Shown here one piece after another: positions 30,891 to 39,749 of a stretch of 60,935 bases of DNA. Position 1 is the stretch's first letter. Every line of letters begins with the position of its first letter. Source of the DNA: a candidate division WOR-1 bacterium RIFCSPLOWO2_02_FULL_46_20. GTDB lineage: Bacteria; Margulisbacteria; WOR-1; O2-12-FULL-45-9. Position numbers and translations under genes: made by a program. Under the pieces are notes generated by a model. The model worked only from the letters and a program-made list of their open reading frames with translations, did not search any database and was not told the origin of the DNA. Location of the stretch: positions 1 to 60,935 of the forward strand of contig METP01000040.1 of assembly GCA_001771365.1 (NCBI GenBank), written 5' to 3'.

Positions 30891-33844
30891 TTACCCGCCT
30901 TGGTTTGTTCTAATGCCGCGACTTTAGCAGATAACTCTTCAATTTTTTTCTGCTGTTCCTGAACAGTTTTAGCCAGCAACGCGGTTAAGTGTCCGTAAGA
31001 AACACTTAAATCTCCTTCCTCTCCATGGACAACTTCTGGAATTACTTCCTTCAGTTCTTGAGCGACAAACCCAATGTCAGCTTGGCCGGATTCTGTCCAC
31101 TGATAGTTAACCGGCCGCAACTTCATAAGCTCTTCTGTTCCATAATTAATAGCGCTAATATTAGTTTTTTTTGAGCGGTCCGAAGCATCTGTAAAAACTC
31201 CAGCCGCAGTCAGTTTTGCGCCTGAGTCGTCATAGATAGAATCGCCTGTACCGGCATTGTTTATCTCCAGGGCATACAAATTATTGGTGGCGTCATCGTA
31301 ATCTATCAGCACCCCTTTTGCGTTTGCGGCATTAGCTACTTCTACTTCTAGCCTGGCAAATGGTTCTATTGTCCCTATGCCTACTTGACCTAGGCTGTTT
31401 ATTCTCATTCTCTCAACAGCCGCAGCTTCGTTTCTCATCGTATGAAATACTAACGCGCCATCAGTTGAGCCATCGGTAGCGTCTTCCAACACTGCTCCAA
31501 TAGCGGCGATATTTTCTCTTTCATTCCCTCCGGTCTTATCGTTTTCCTGCCGGAAAGTTAATAGCGGGCCAGACCCAATAGCCGCTGTCCCTGTGACGGC
31601 ATGAGTGATTCCTGTTATCTTACTTAAACTGCTATTATTGCCATCATTACCAGCTATTTCAAACTTGGAATCAGGTATGCTAGTACAAAATCCCATTACG
31701 CCTGAAACCGGGTTCAACATTAAAAAGGTATTACCACCATCTCCTATCCAGATATTCTCGGCTACTCCGCTACCCCCCTTCTCTGTCAATATCTGAAAAG
31801 TACCGCCTGTAGTGTAAAACCTGAGTCTTTCGTAATTAGTCGTTTCATCTGCTGTGCCATACATGTATATGTCACTTGATAGCAGGTTGTATTTTAGAAT
31901 TCCTGTTGGGTCTATTTCTAAATTGCCGGAACTACCCACTTCAAAACTAACATAGTTACTCGCATCGTATCCAAGTCTCAATTGTTCAGTTGTACCAATA
32001 ACATGTAAAGCGGCTAAAGGCGCCGCCGTCCCGATACCGACGCTATCTGCAGATCCATCAACAAACAAAGTATTAGCATCAAAGTTCACATCATAGTCGT
32101 TTTGGGTTACTTCTAAAGTCGTATCCAGGGTTATAGTGTCAGCAAGCTGGGCAGCATTTATGGTATCAGCAGCAATAGCGCCAGAAGTTACTACCCCGGT
32201 CCCAAAATCTGCGGCAGCAATAGTTCCATCAACTATCTTGGCTGAAGTTACACTATTATCTCCAACAACTACAGCGGTTAAATTGGAACCATCCACTGCC
32301 GGCAGCCTGGCGCTTCCATCCAACTGTACAATTTTGCTTGCTGTTGTACCCACATCAACTGCTAAAGCAGATCCATTGCCTCCTGTTAATCCAGTTCCGG
32401 CAACATCGCTGCCTAATTTCGCGGCAGTTACGCTCGTCGCGGCTAACTGGGCTGTCCCGACGCCCCCCGCATCAATTGAGATTGTTCCGGTTGCGGTTAT
32501 TGGCCCGCCGATTAATCCGGTTCCGGTACTAACCGAAGTCACAGTTCCACTTGTTCCAGCTGCAGCAGTAATCTGAGTTGTTCCATCCGGGAATTTGATC
32601 CCGCCAGTTCCTTTAGATTCAATGGTTCCCGCAACTGTGAGCTTCGAAGCTGGCTCCGCGGTACCGACGCCAACTTTATTTGCCCCCGCATCAACATAAA
32701 GCGTATCCATATCCACTGCCATGGTTCCGGTTACGGTAAGGTCGCTCGGAAAAGTATAAACCCCGGCACCAAAGGTGCCAGTTGTAACATTGGCCGCCGC
32801 CAGGCTGGATATTGAAAGATTGAGTAATTGACTCCCATCCACTACCGGCAGCCTGGCGCTTCCATCTAACTGTATAATCTGACTTGCTCCAGTTCCTACG
32901 TCCAGTCTTGCGGTAGGAATAGTCCCTGCTCCAGAAGGTATGTTGGCCAACGAGGTTAAGGCTGCACCTGATACTTTCCCAGCTGTCGAGATCGTTGCTA
33001 ATTTAGTATCTACAATAGCCGCACCGGCATTAATATCCGCATTAACAATCTCTCCATCCAGTATCTTTACCGAGGTTACCGCATTGGTAGCAATCTTGGT
33101 CGCAATTATTCCATAGTCCGCAATTTGAGCAGTCCCCAAGTTTGTAAGATTTGCTCCATCAAGATTACTAAAATAAGCAGATGACAAAGCTGGAATTTTG
33201 CCTGTAGCAGAATCAATAGCCGCCACACTTAACTTGGCTGCGGTTACGGCTTCATTAGTAATCATGCCAGTAGTAATTGTCAAAGCATCAGAAGCATCTG
33301 CTTGATGTGAGGAAGCATGTGCCCCGGGAAGAATAGTTCCGATCACCTTACTCCCGGACAGAGAGACAATTTTGGCGTCCGTCACTGAAGAGTCGGCAAG
33401 TTTGGCGGTCGTAACCGCTTTATCAGAGATTTTAGCAGTACTAATTGAACCATCATCAACACTATCCGCCAGGGCTGATCTAAAAGCGTACCCTACCGAA
33501 ACAAGCTGGGTGCGCGGACTTAGGGTTTCATCTCCGATAGAAACCTCAATATATCTGGAGGAAGCGCTAAAAACACCTGAAGATAAAGCCGTAGCACCGC
33601 CTAGAAGAACACTGAAGACGCCCTGGCTATCGGGGGTAACGCTGTGGCTTTCTGGCCCCCAAAGTTTATTTCCGTCCGTAGCAGCGTCATAAAGGCTAAA
33701 ACTTATGGTTTTCGCGCTGGTGATAGCGGTGCCACTGGCATCAGTCAACCTCCCTTCATATGAAATTTTTTCAGGCACCGCCCCCCACCCCACACCCATT
33801 ACCACCAAACTAGAAATCAAGAAACAAAAAATTCTCTTTAACAT
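30887..33844 (-). CDS. Secreted tail-fibre-like protein with C-terminal peptidase-S74 intramolecular chaperone domain
   Basis: Signal peptide; many A/T/G/S/V-rich repeats (..AVT.AKLA..SVT.AKI..); a duplicated QLDGSARLP[AV]VDGS module. The last ~98 aa (SDRSKKTNISAINYG...LRPVNYQW...IGFVAQELKEVIPEVV...VSYGHLTALLAKTVQEQQKKIEEL) match the autoproteolytic chaperone domain. AAGGAGG lies upstream of the ATG. Confidence 0.8.
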   Translation of the reverse strand: MLKRIFCFLISSLVVMGVGWGAVPEKISYEGRLTDASGTAITSAKTISFSLYDAATDGNKLWGPESHSVTPDSQGVFSVLLGGATALSSGVFSASSRYIEVSIGDETLSPRTQLVSVGYAFRSALADSVDDGSISTAKISDKAVTTAKLADSSVTDAKIVSLSGSKVIGTILPGAHASSHQADASDALTITTGMITNEAVTAAKLSVAAIDSATGKIPALSSAYFSNLDGANLTNLGTAQIADYGIIATKIATNAVTSVKILDGEIVNADINAGAAIVDTKLATISTAGKVSGAALTSLANIPSGAGTIPTARLDVGTGASQIIQLDGSARLPVVDGSQLLNLSISSLAAANVTTGTFGAGVYTFPSDLTVTGTMAVDMDTLYVDAGANKVGVGTAEPASKLTVAGTIESKGTGGIKFPDGTTQITAAAGTSGTVTSVSTGTGLIGGPITATGTISIDAGGVGTAQLAATSVTAAKLGSDVAGTGLTGGNGSALAVDVGTTASKIVQLDGSARLPAVDGSNLTAVVVGDNSVTSAKIVDGTIAAADFGTGVVTSGAIAADTINAAQLADTITLDTTLEVTQNDYDVNFDANTLFVDGSADSVGIGTAAPLAALHVIGTTEQLRLGYDASNYVSFEVGSSGNLEIDPTGILKYNLLSSDIYMYGTADETTNYERLRFYTTGGTFQILTEKGGSGVAENIWIGDGGNTFLMLNPVSGVMGFCTSIPDSKFEIAGNDGNNSSLSKITGITHAVTGTAAIGSGPLLTFRQENDKTGGNERENIAAIGAVLEDATDGSTDGALVFHTMRNEAAAVERMRINSLGQVGIGTIEPFARLEVEVANAANAKGVLIDYDDATNNLYALEINNAGTGDSIYDDSGAKLTAAGVFTDASDRSKKTNISAINYGTEELMKLRPVNYQWTESGQADIGFVAQELKEVIPEVVHGEEGDLSVSYGHLTALLAKTVQEQQKKIEELSAKVAALEQTKAGK

Positions 33845-34010
33845 ATTTATCGGCCTCCTTTAATTTGACTTACTTACATGATACGCGCGAATTTTTATCA
33901 ACTACATGAAATCTTTGCACGCACCTCTACTTTTGTCAATATACAGCTTATCGGCAATACGCAATATAGACATCGACAACACAAAGTGGTCTACGAAGTT
34001 TACGAAGCAG

Positions 34011-34280
34011 TTAGTATACAGTCTGAAAACAGTTAAATTCTCCTGTGGCCGGCTCCCAGTTGATCTTTTTATCGCTAATATGGTGAGACATCGATTTCTC
34101 CAGCTCCGCCAGGAATTCTTTTAGCGCGGCTTCTTTCCCTTCGGCCACCAGCTCCACTCTGCTATCAGCACAATTCTTGACCCAACCGTTTAGCCCGTAC
34201 CGTTTAGCAACGATCACCGAAGTGTAGCGGAAACCCACACCCTGGACGTTACCGAAATAGTATATATGGACACGTTTCAT
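34011..34280 (-). CDS. acyP: Acylphosphatase
   Basis: 89 aa with the VQGVGFRY motif and GWVKN. Confidence 0.88.
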   Translation of the reverse strand: MKRVHIYYFGNVQGVGFRYTSVIVAKRYGLNGWVKNCADSRVELVAEGKEAALKEFLAELEKSMSHHISDKKINWEPATGEFNCFQTVY

Positions 34281-34288
34281 GTTTTACG

Positions 34289-34314
34289 ATACTGCAGATT
34301 AAAATCTGCAGTAT
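34289..34314. repeat. 12-bp-stem palindrome ATACTGCAGATT-AA-AATCTGCAGTAT between hppA and acyP
   Basis: Read directly from the sequence. It lies between the hppA stop (34330) and the acyP start (34280) on the minus strand, so it may be a terminator or processing hairpin. Confidence 0.5.
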
Positions 34315-34329
34315 ATAATTCCCCACAAT

Positions 34330-36339
34330 TCATTGTGAGATATTAAAAATTGACATTATTATCGGATAATACTTTACAATTACAGGACTAAAGACCAGCG
34401 CCACAATTGACATCAGTTTGAGTAAAATATTAATTGATGGGCCAGAGGTATCTTTAAATGGGTCCCCCACCGTATCGCCAACAACTGCCGCCGCGTGAAC
34501 AGGGGTTCCTTTGCCGCCAAGAAAACCATCTTCAATAATCTTCTTGGCGTTGTCCCAGGCTCCGCCGCTGTTTGACATCATAATGGCCAGTAAAACGCCC
34601 GTACCAAGAGAGCCGGCCAGAAAACCACCCAGTGCGGTCGGACCAATCAACAAGCCAACCAGAAGCGGCACTGCCACGGCCATAGCCCCGGGGACAATCA
34701 TTTCCTTAATCGCGGCACTGGTAGAAATATCAACACAACGCTGAATATCCGGTTTGGCCCGACCCTCCATCAGACCGATGATTTCCTTGAACTGGCGTCT
34801 AACCTCGGCCACCATGGCATGGGCTGCCCGGCCTACTGCCTGCATGGTCAGAGCAGAAAAGATAAAAGGCATGAGCGCGCCAATAAAAAAGCCGACCACT
34901 ACCCTTATGCTAAGCAAATTAATACTGGTAATGCCAACTGTTTGGGTGTAAGCGGCAAACAAAGCTAAGGCAGTTAGCGCAGCCGAGCCTATGGCAAAAC
35001 CCTTGCCGATTGCCGCGGTTGTGTTGCCCAGAGAATCCAGCTTGTCAGTAATTTTTCTGGCGGCGGGAGGCTGGTTGGACATTGTCACAATGCCGCCGGC
35101 ATTATCCGCGATCGGGCCATAAGCATCAACGGACATAATGACACCGATTGTCCCCAACATGCCTACAGCAGAGATGGCCACGCCATACAGCCCGACAAAA
35201 TAATAGGAAACAAGTAAGGCAACGCAAATTGAGAGCATCGGCAAGGCAGTGCTCATCATCCCAATTGCTAATCCATTAATGATAAGAGTAGCCGGACCTG
35301 TGACCGCAGAACGAGCCAGATTCTCAACTGTCTTTCCAGAGGTAAAATATTCAGAAAACAAGCCAATGGCCACCCCAACTAAAATGCCTGAGAGTATTGC
35401 CCAAAACACCCCCGGGTTTCCGGGTAACAACTGATTAACAATATAATATGAAGCGGCGATAAAAAGGGCGCCGGCAACATAAGTCGCATTTCTCAAAGCA
35501 TTGGCCGGATTGGTATTCTTAAACACCTCGATAAACAGGGTCCCAACAAAAGAAGAGATTAATCCGGCAACAATTAGAATGAGCGGCAAGATCATCCAGG
35601 CAAAAGTGTTGGTTGTCATTAAAACACCAAGCGTAATGGTCGCAACCACAGCGCCGACGTATGATTCAAAAAGATCCGCCCCCATGCCTGCCACGTCGCC
35701 AACGTTATCGCCAACATTGTCGGCGATAACAGCCGGGTTGCGAGGATCGTCTTCGGGAATTCCGGCTTCAACTTTCCCGACCAGGTCAGCGCCAACATCC
35801 GCTGATTTGGTATAAATACCGCCGCCCACCCTGGCAAACAAGGCGATGGAGGAAGCTCCCATGGAGAAACCAGACACAACCAGGGCTTTGGTTTTTAAGT
35901 CCGGAATTAGGAGCCAAACTAAACCCAGGCCAATAATGCCTAAACTGGCAACCGTCATACCCATAACAGCACCACCCTTAAAGGCTGTGGCTAAAGCTTT
36001 TCCTTGATTATTATGAGCGGCCGCCTCAGCTGTCCTGACATTGGCCTGCGTGGCCGCGCTCATACCGATAAAACCGGCCAGCATAGAGGATAATCCGCCG
36101 GCAACATAAGCCAAAGCAACGGAACTGCCAATAAAGTAGTAAATGGCGGCAAAAACAATTACCAGGAAAAGGAAAAGGCTTAGGTACTGACGCCGCAAAT
36201 AAGCCATAGCCCCGGACTGAATGGCCGTGGCAATTTCCTGCATACTTTGAGACTCAACCTTGATCCGCAAAACACCCCAAAAAAGATAAAAAGCATACCC
36301 TAACCCAAGCAAACCCGAAAGCACTATCCATTGTTCCAT
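34330..36339 (-). CDS. hppA: Membrane-bound proton/sodium-translocating pyrophosphatase
   Basis: 669 aa and polytopic, with GGIYTKSADVGADLVGKVE, DNVGDNVGD and GDTVGDPFKDTSGPS motifs. Confidence 0.93.
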   Translation of the reverse strand: MEQWIVLSGLLGLGYAFYLFWGVLRIKVESQSMQEIATAIQSGAMAYLRRQYLSLFLFLVIVFAAIYYFIGSSVALAYVAGGLSSMLAGFIGMSAATQANVRTAEAAAHNNQGKALATAFKGGAVMGMTVASLGIIGLGLVWLLIPDLKTKALVVSGFSMGASSIALFARVGGGIYTKSADVGADLVGKVEAGIPEDDPRNPAVIADNVGDNVGDVAGMGADLFESYVGAVVATITLGVLMTTNTFAWMILPLILIVAGLISSFVGTLFIEVFKNTNPANALRNATYVAGALFIAASYYIVNQLLPGNPGVFWAILSGILVGVAIGLFSEYFTSGKTVENLARSAVTGPATLIINGLAIGMMSTALPMLSICVALLVSYYFVGLYGVAISAVGMLGTIGVIMSVDAYGPIADNAGGIVTMSNQPPAARKITDKLDSLGNTTAAIGKGFAIGSAALTALALFAAYTQTVGITSINLLSIRVVVGFFIGALMPFIFSALTMQAVGRAAHAMVAEVRRQFKEIIGLMEGRAKPDIQRCVDISTSAAIKEMIVPGAMAVAVPLLVGLLIGPTALGGFLAGSLGTGVLLAIMMSNSGGAWDNAKKIIEDGFLGGKGTPVHAAAVVGDTVGDPFKDTSGPSINILLKLMSIVALVFSPVIVKYYPIIMSIFNISQ

Positions 36340-36449
36340 TATTCATTTCCCCTTTCTGTTAGCTAACAACTTCTTTGTTGTAAGTCGTTTGCCGTAGGCG
36401 AAGGTACTGTGTCGTTAGTTAATTATAGTATATGTTATAATGACTCGCA

Positions 36450-37028
36450 ATGTTCACCATTACCGAACGCCAGTATAAGATCATCATGAAACAGGCCCAG
36501 GCTGGTTATCCTCAAGAAACCGGGGGTATCCTTGGTGGGCGGGAAAACACGATTCTTGGAGTTTTGCCGATTGCCAACAAAGTCATAAAAAACAATACGG
36601 AGATCTTTGGCATTACCGGCGACGACATTGAGCGCGCTTATTACTTTCTAGTTAAGCATAAGTTGGAATTTCTGGGATTATATCACTCTCACCCCAAAGG
36701 GATCCCCTACCCTTCCGCTCAAGATTTATCTCACAATCAAAAGCACCTGTTCATTGTCGGCCTCCAAGATCGTTACAACCCCGAACTTTATGCCTGGCGG
36801 GTAGAGGAGGGGAAAGTTTATGCTGAGAACATAAAAATCATCAGCGACATCGGCATCTCGGTTATCGATATTACTACCGGCAAACCAAAGTTGTCGGAGA
36901 ATATCAGCCGGGAGGAAATGGATAGATTGGCGCAAATGATTGATGATTGGGTTACCGGCAAGGAGCCGGAATATCCCAGGATGGGTCCCGTTATGTGGGA
37001 CGCTTCAAGTTTTTCTACGTTAGCCTGA
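36450..37028 (+). CDS. JAB/MPN (JAMM) domain metalloprotease-like protein with C-terminal extension
   Basis: Glu in PQETGGIL plus the HSHPKGIPYPSAQD motif (HxHx7Sx2D). TGTTATAAT lies 8 nt upstream of the ATG. Confidence 0.8.
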   Translation: MFTITERQYKIIMKQAQAGYPQETGGILGGRENTILGVLPIANKVIKNNTEIFGITGDDIERAYYFLVKHKLEFLGLYHSHPKGIPYPSAQDLSHNQKHLFIVGLQDRYNPELYAWRVEEGKVYAENIKIISDIGISVIDITTGKPKLSENISREEMDRLAQMIDDWVTGKEPEYPRMGPVMWDASSFSTLA

Positions 37029-37764
37029 GCCGCTTATAGCAGTAAAACAGACTGCTCGGGTAGCGCCTGTGTTTCCAGCAACCCCTGGCCAAAACTTCGA
37101 TTTTCTTGCTTAGTTCGGATTTGATTTGCCGTCGTTGTTCATCAGTTAGGTTTAATCTCAACAATTTTTCCAGTGTTTTGACCCGAAATCGGTCCATGCC
37201 CCAATATTGGCGCGATAGCTGGTCAGCGTGGCCGCCTCTTTTTGTGATCAACGGCTCATCGAGAAAGGCAATGGGATATTTTAGACTCATACGCAACCAA
37301 AGGTCATAGTCTTCACAAACAGGCAGGCTTTCGTTAAATCCCCCCAATCCTTCAAATATTTCACGTTCCATCAAAATTGAAGAACAACTGATAATGCACA
37401 GCGGCAAACACTTTTCAAAGATCCAACCATGATATTTCTGATGCTTTCTCATTGGATTAAGATGTTCGCCGTTTCTAACCCATTTTTCATTGGTGTAGCA
37501 GATTTTAAATTCGGGGTAGTCGTGCAAAAATCCCAACTGCGTCTCAAGTTTCCGCTTATCCCACAGGTCATCTGAATCAAGAAAGGCGATGTATTGGCCG
37601 GAAGCTTGCTCAACCCCAAAATTCCGCGCCGCCGAAACACACCCGGAATAATCTTCAACAACGATAATTTCCAGGTCCTTAATTGTCTGCGCTTCAACTG
37701 ACCCGATTGCTTCTTTGGTAAACTCCGGACGATCATAGGTGGGGATAATAACTGAAACCAACAT
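37015..37764 (-). CDS. Glycosyltransferase family 2
   Basis: VSVIIPTYDRPE and FLDSDDLW motifs. The start is set at the Met preceding VSVIIPTYD; the tracked ORF extends to 37824. Confidence 0.85.
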   Translation of the reverse strand: MLVSVIIPTYDRPEFTKEAIGSVEAQTIKDLEIIVVEDYSGCVSAARNFGVEQASGQYIAFLDSDDLWDKRKLETQLGFLHDYPEFKICYTNEKWVRNGEHLNPMRKHQKYHGWIFEKCLPLCIISCSSILMEREIFEGLGGFNESLPVCEDYDLWLRMSLKYPIAFLDEPLITKRGGHADQLSRQYWGMDRFRVKTLEKLLRLNLTDEQRRQIKSELSKKIEVLARGCWKHRRYPSSLFYCYKRLRLT

Positions 37765-37865
37765 AACTCTAATATTAGCATAAACAGTGCCCTCAAGACC
37801 TGCTACACCTTGCATCCTCCTCAATTTAGAAGTAAAATCTACTTAGTGACACTCAGGAGCTTTTT

Positions 37866-38123
37866 ATGAGCCAACAAAATATCTGCCAGAGCTGCTCAAT
37901 GCCGCTGCGTTCTGAAAATGATCTGGGCACAAACGCAGACGGCACAAAAAACCGGGATTATTGTCATTTCTGTTTTAAGGCCGGTAAATTTACTGACGAT
38001 GGCATTACCATGGAGCAAAAGATTGAAAAAATGGTTGGTCTGGCAAAAGAAATGAACATTTCGGAAGATCGAGCTCGAGAGATGGCTAAAAATATTTTGC
38101 CCACCCTTCAACGCTGGAAATAA
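37866..38123 (+). CDS. Putative zinc-ribbon domain protein
   Basis: 85 aa with CQSC...(21 aa)...CHFC, a pattern typical of small zinc-ribbon proteins. It is directly upstream of cstA. Confidence 0.6.
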   Translation: MSQQNICQSCSMPLRSENDLGTNADGTKNRDYCHFCFKAGKFTDDGITMEQKIEKMVGLAKEMNISEDRAREMAKNILPTLQRWK

Positions 38124-38125
38124 AC

Positions 38126-39742
38126 ATGAATTCGCTGTTCGTCGCGATCTTTGGCTTAACCCTCTCTGCCCTGGGCTACCGCTTTTATGCCACTTTTATT
38201 GAGAAAAATATCTGGCGGGTTGATTATAATAAAAAAACTCCGGCCGTTGTCAAAGACGACGGGTTGGATTATGTGGCGGCCAAACATTGGACAATACTTT
38301 TTGGCCACCACTTTGCCTCCATTGCCGGTGCCGGCCCAATAATCGGTCCGGTTATCGCCTGTGCTCTATTTGGCTGGGGCCCGGCCATATTATGGATCAT
38401 TATCGGTTCAATATTTATCGGAGGTATACATGATTATTCTTCACTGATGCTTTCAGTCAGGCACAACGGCAATAGCGTCGGTCACATTGCCCAAAGCGTG
38501 ATCAGCCGCCGCAGTCGATTGGTTTTTTCCTGTTTTCTATTGCTCGCTTTAGTTTTGGTAGTCGCGGTATTTGCCGCGGTTACTGCCAAAACCTTGGTCG
38601 AAGAGCCAAAGATAGTTATTCCAACTTTTAGCGTGCTGGTCGCGGCAATTATCCTGGGCTTCATGCTCTACCGCTGGCATATTAACCAATGGTTGGCTAC
38701 CTTGACCGGCTTAATTATCATGGGTATATCAATCTACCTGGGCTTGATCTTCCCTGTTGTCATAAACAGCTCTCAAGCCACAAGCCTCTGGATCTGTGTT
38801 TTACTGGCTTACGCCTTTATTGCTTCAGTCGTACCGGTAAACATTATGCTGCAGCCAAGGGATTATTTGTCCGCCTTTATCCTCTTCTTTGGGCTGGTGC
38901 TGGGTTATTTAGGAATTATTGTATCCTTACCAAAGATGAACGCCCCAATGTTTATCAACTTCCAAAGCGTTCAAGGTAATCTCTGGCCCATGATGTTTGT
39001 AATCATTGCTTGCGGCGCCATCTCCGGGTTTCACTCTTTAATTTCATCCGGTACAACGTCAAAACAATTACCGCGCAAAAAAGACGCGAAAATTGTTGCT
39101 TTTGGCGGCATGATTCTTGAAGGCGTGCTTTCTCTATTGGCTATAATATCAGTCTGTGCCGGATTGTCGTGGATTGGCGGCACTCCCGGCCTGGTTTATC
39201 CGGAACTCATGGAGAAGAGCGGCTGGATTGTAACCTTTGGCAAAGGTTTTGGCCAGCTGGTCGCCCCGCTGGTTGGCGCGACCGTCGGTTCGTTAATCGC
39301 CATGTTTACCTTAAGCTCTTTTGTTTTAACAACGCTGGACAGCGCCACCCGGATTGCCCGCTACGTAGCCGAGGAATTACTTGGTGACGGGCTTGGCCTA
39401 AAAATTTTCAAAAATAAATATATATCTACACTAACTGTTGTTTTAGCCGCTCTCTGGCTGGCGCTTGGTTCGTGGACAGCTCTCTGGCCGGTTTTTGGCG
39501 CTGCCAACCAGTTAATCGCGGCTTTGGTGCTTTTATTGGCCTCTGTTTATCTTTTTCAAAAAAACAGGCCAACGCTTTACACCTTTGTTCCAGCCATTTT
39601 TATGATTATCACAACAATCGCTGCCCTGATCTATCAAATGATCGGATTTTTCCAGGCTAATAATTATCTTCTCTTTAGCCTTACAATCGTTTTGCTGGTT
39701 TTGGCCGCAGACATGTTAATTGAAGCCGGTAAAAGCGTGTAA
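38126..39742 (+). CDS. cstA: Carbon starvation protein A family transporter
   Basis: 538 aa and polytopic, with HFASIAGAGPIIGPV and GFHSLISSGTTSKQ motifs. Confidence 0.88.
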   Translation: MNSLFVAIFGLTLSALGYRFYATFIEKNIWRVDYNKKTPAVVKDDGLDYVAAKHWTILFGHHFASIAGAGPIIGPVIACALFGWGPAILWIIIGSIFIGGIHDYSSLMLSVRHNGNSVGHIAQSVISRRSRLVFSCFLLLALVLVVAVFAAVTAKTLVEEPKIVIPTFSVLVAAIILGFMLYRWHINQWLATLTGLIIMGISIYLGLIFPVVINSSQATSLWICVLLAYAFIASVVPVNIMLQPRDYLSAFILFFGLVLGYLGIIVSLPKMNAPMFINFQSVQGNLWPMMFVIIACGAISGFHSLISSGTTSKQLPRKKDAKIVAFGGMILEGVLSLLAIISVCAGLSWIGGTPGLVYPELMEKSGWIVTFGKGFGQLVAPLVGATVGSLIAMFTLSSFVLTTLDSATRIARYVAEELLGDGLGLKIFKNKYISTLTVVLAALWLALGSWTALWPVFGAANQLIAALVLLLASVYLFQKNRPTLYTFVPAIFMIITTIAALIYQMIGFFQANNYLLFSLTIVLLVLAADMLIEAGKSV

Positions 39743-39749
39743 AAGAAGA

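Noticed and set aside
32136-32576. Antisense or shadow ORFs inside long genes. Examples are 32136..32576, 33372..33692, 54404..54907, 42593..43054, 60145..60756, 14149..14682, 17674..18123, 7706..8179 and 46552..46920.
   Set aside because: Each lies entirely within a well-supported gene on the other strand or frame. Their composition is low-complexity and biased (Pro/Ser/Ala/Thr runs) and they carry no motifs. These are typical shadow ORFs.
30887-33844. A prophage or phage-remnant interpretation of the tail-fibre-like gene.
   Set aside because: No capsid, portal, terminase, tape-measure, baseplate, lysis or integrase genes occur in the window. The protein has a Sec-type signal peptide and is translationally coupled to envelope proteins.
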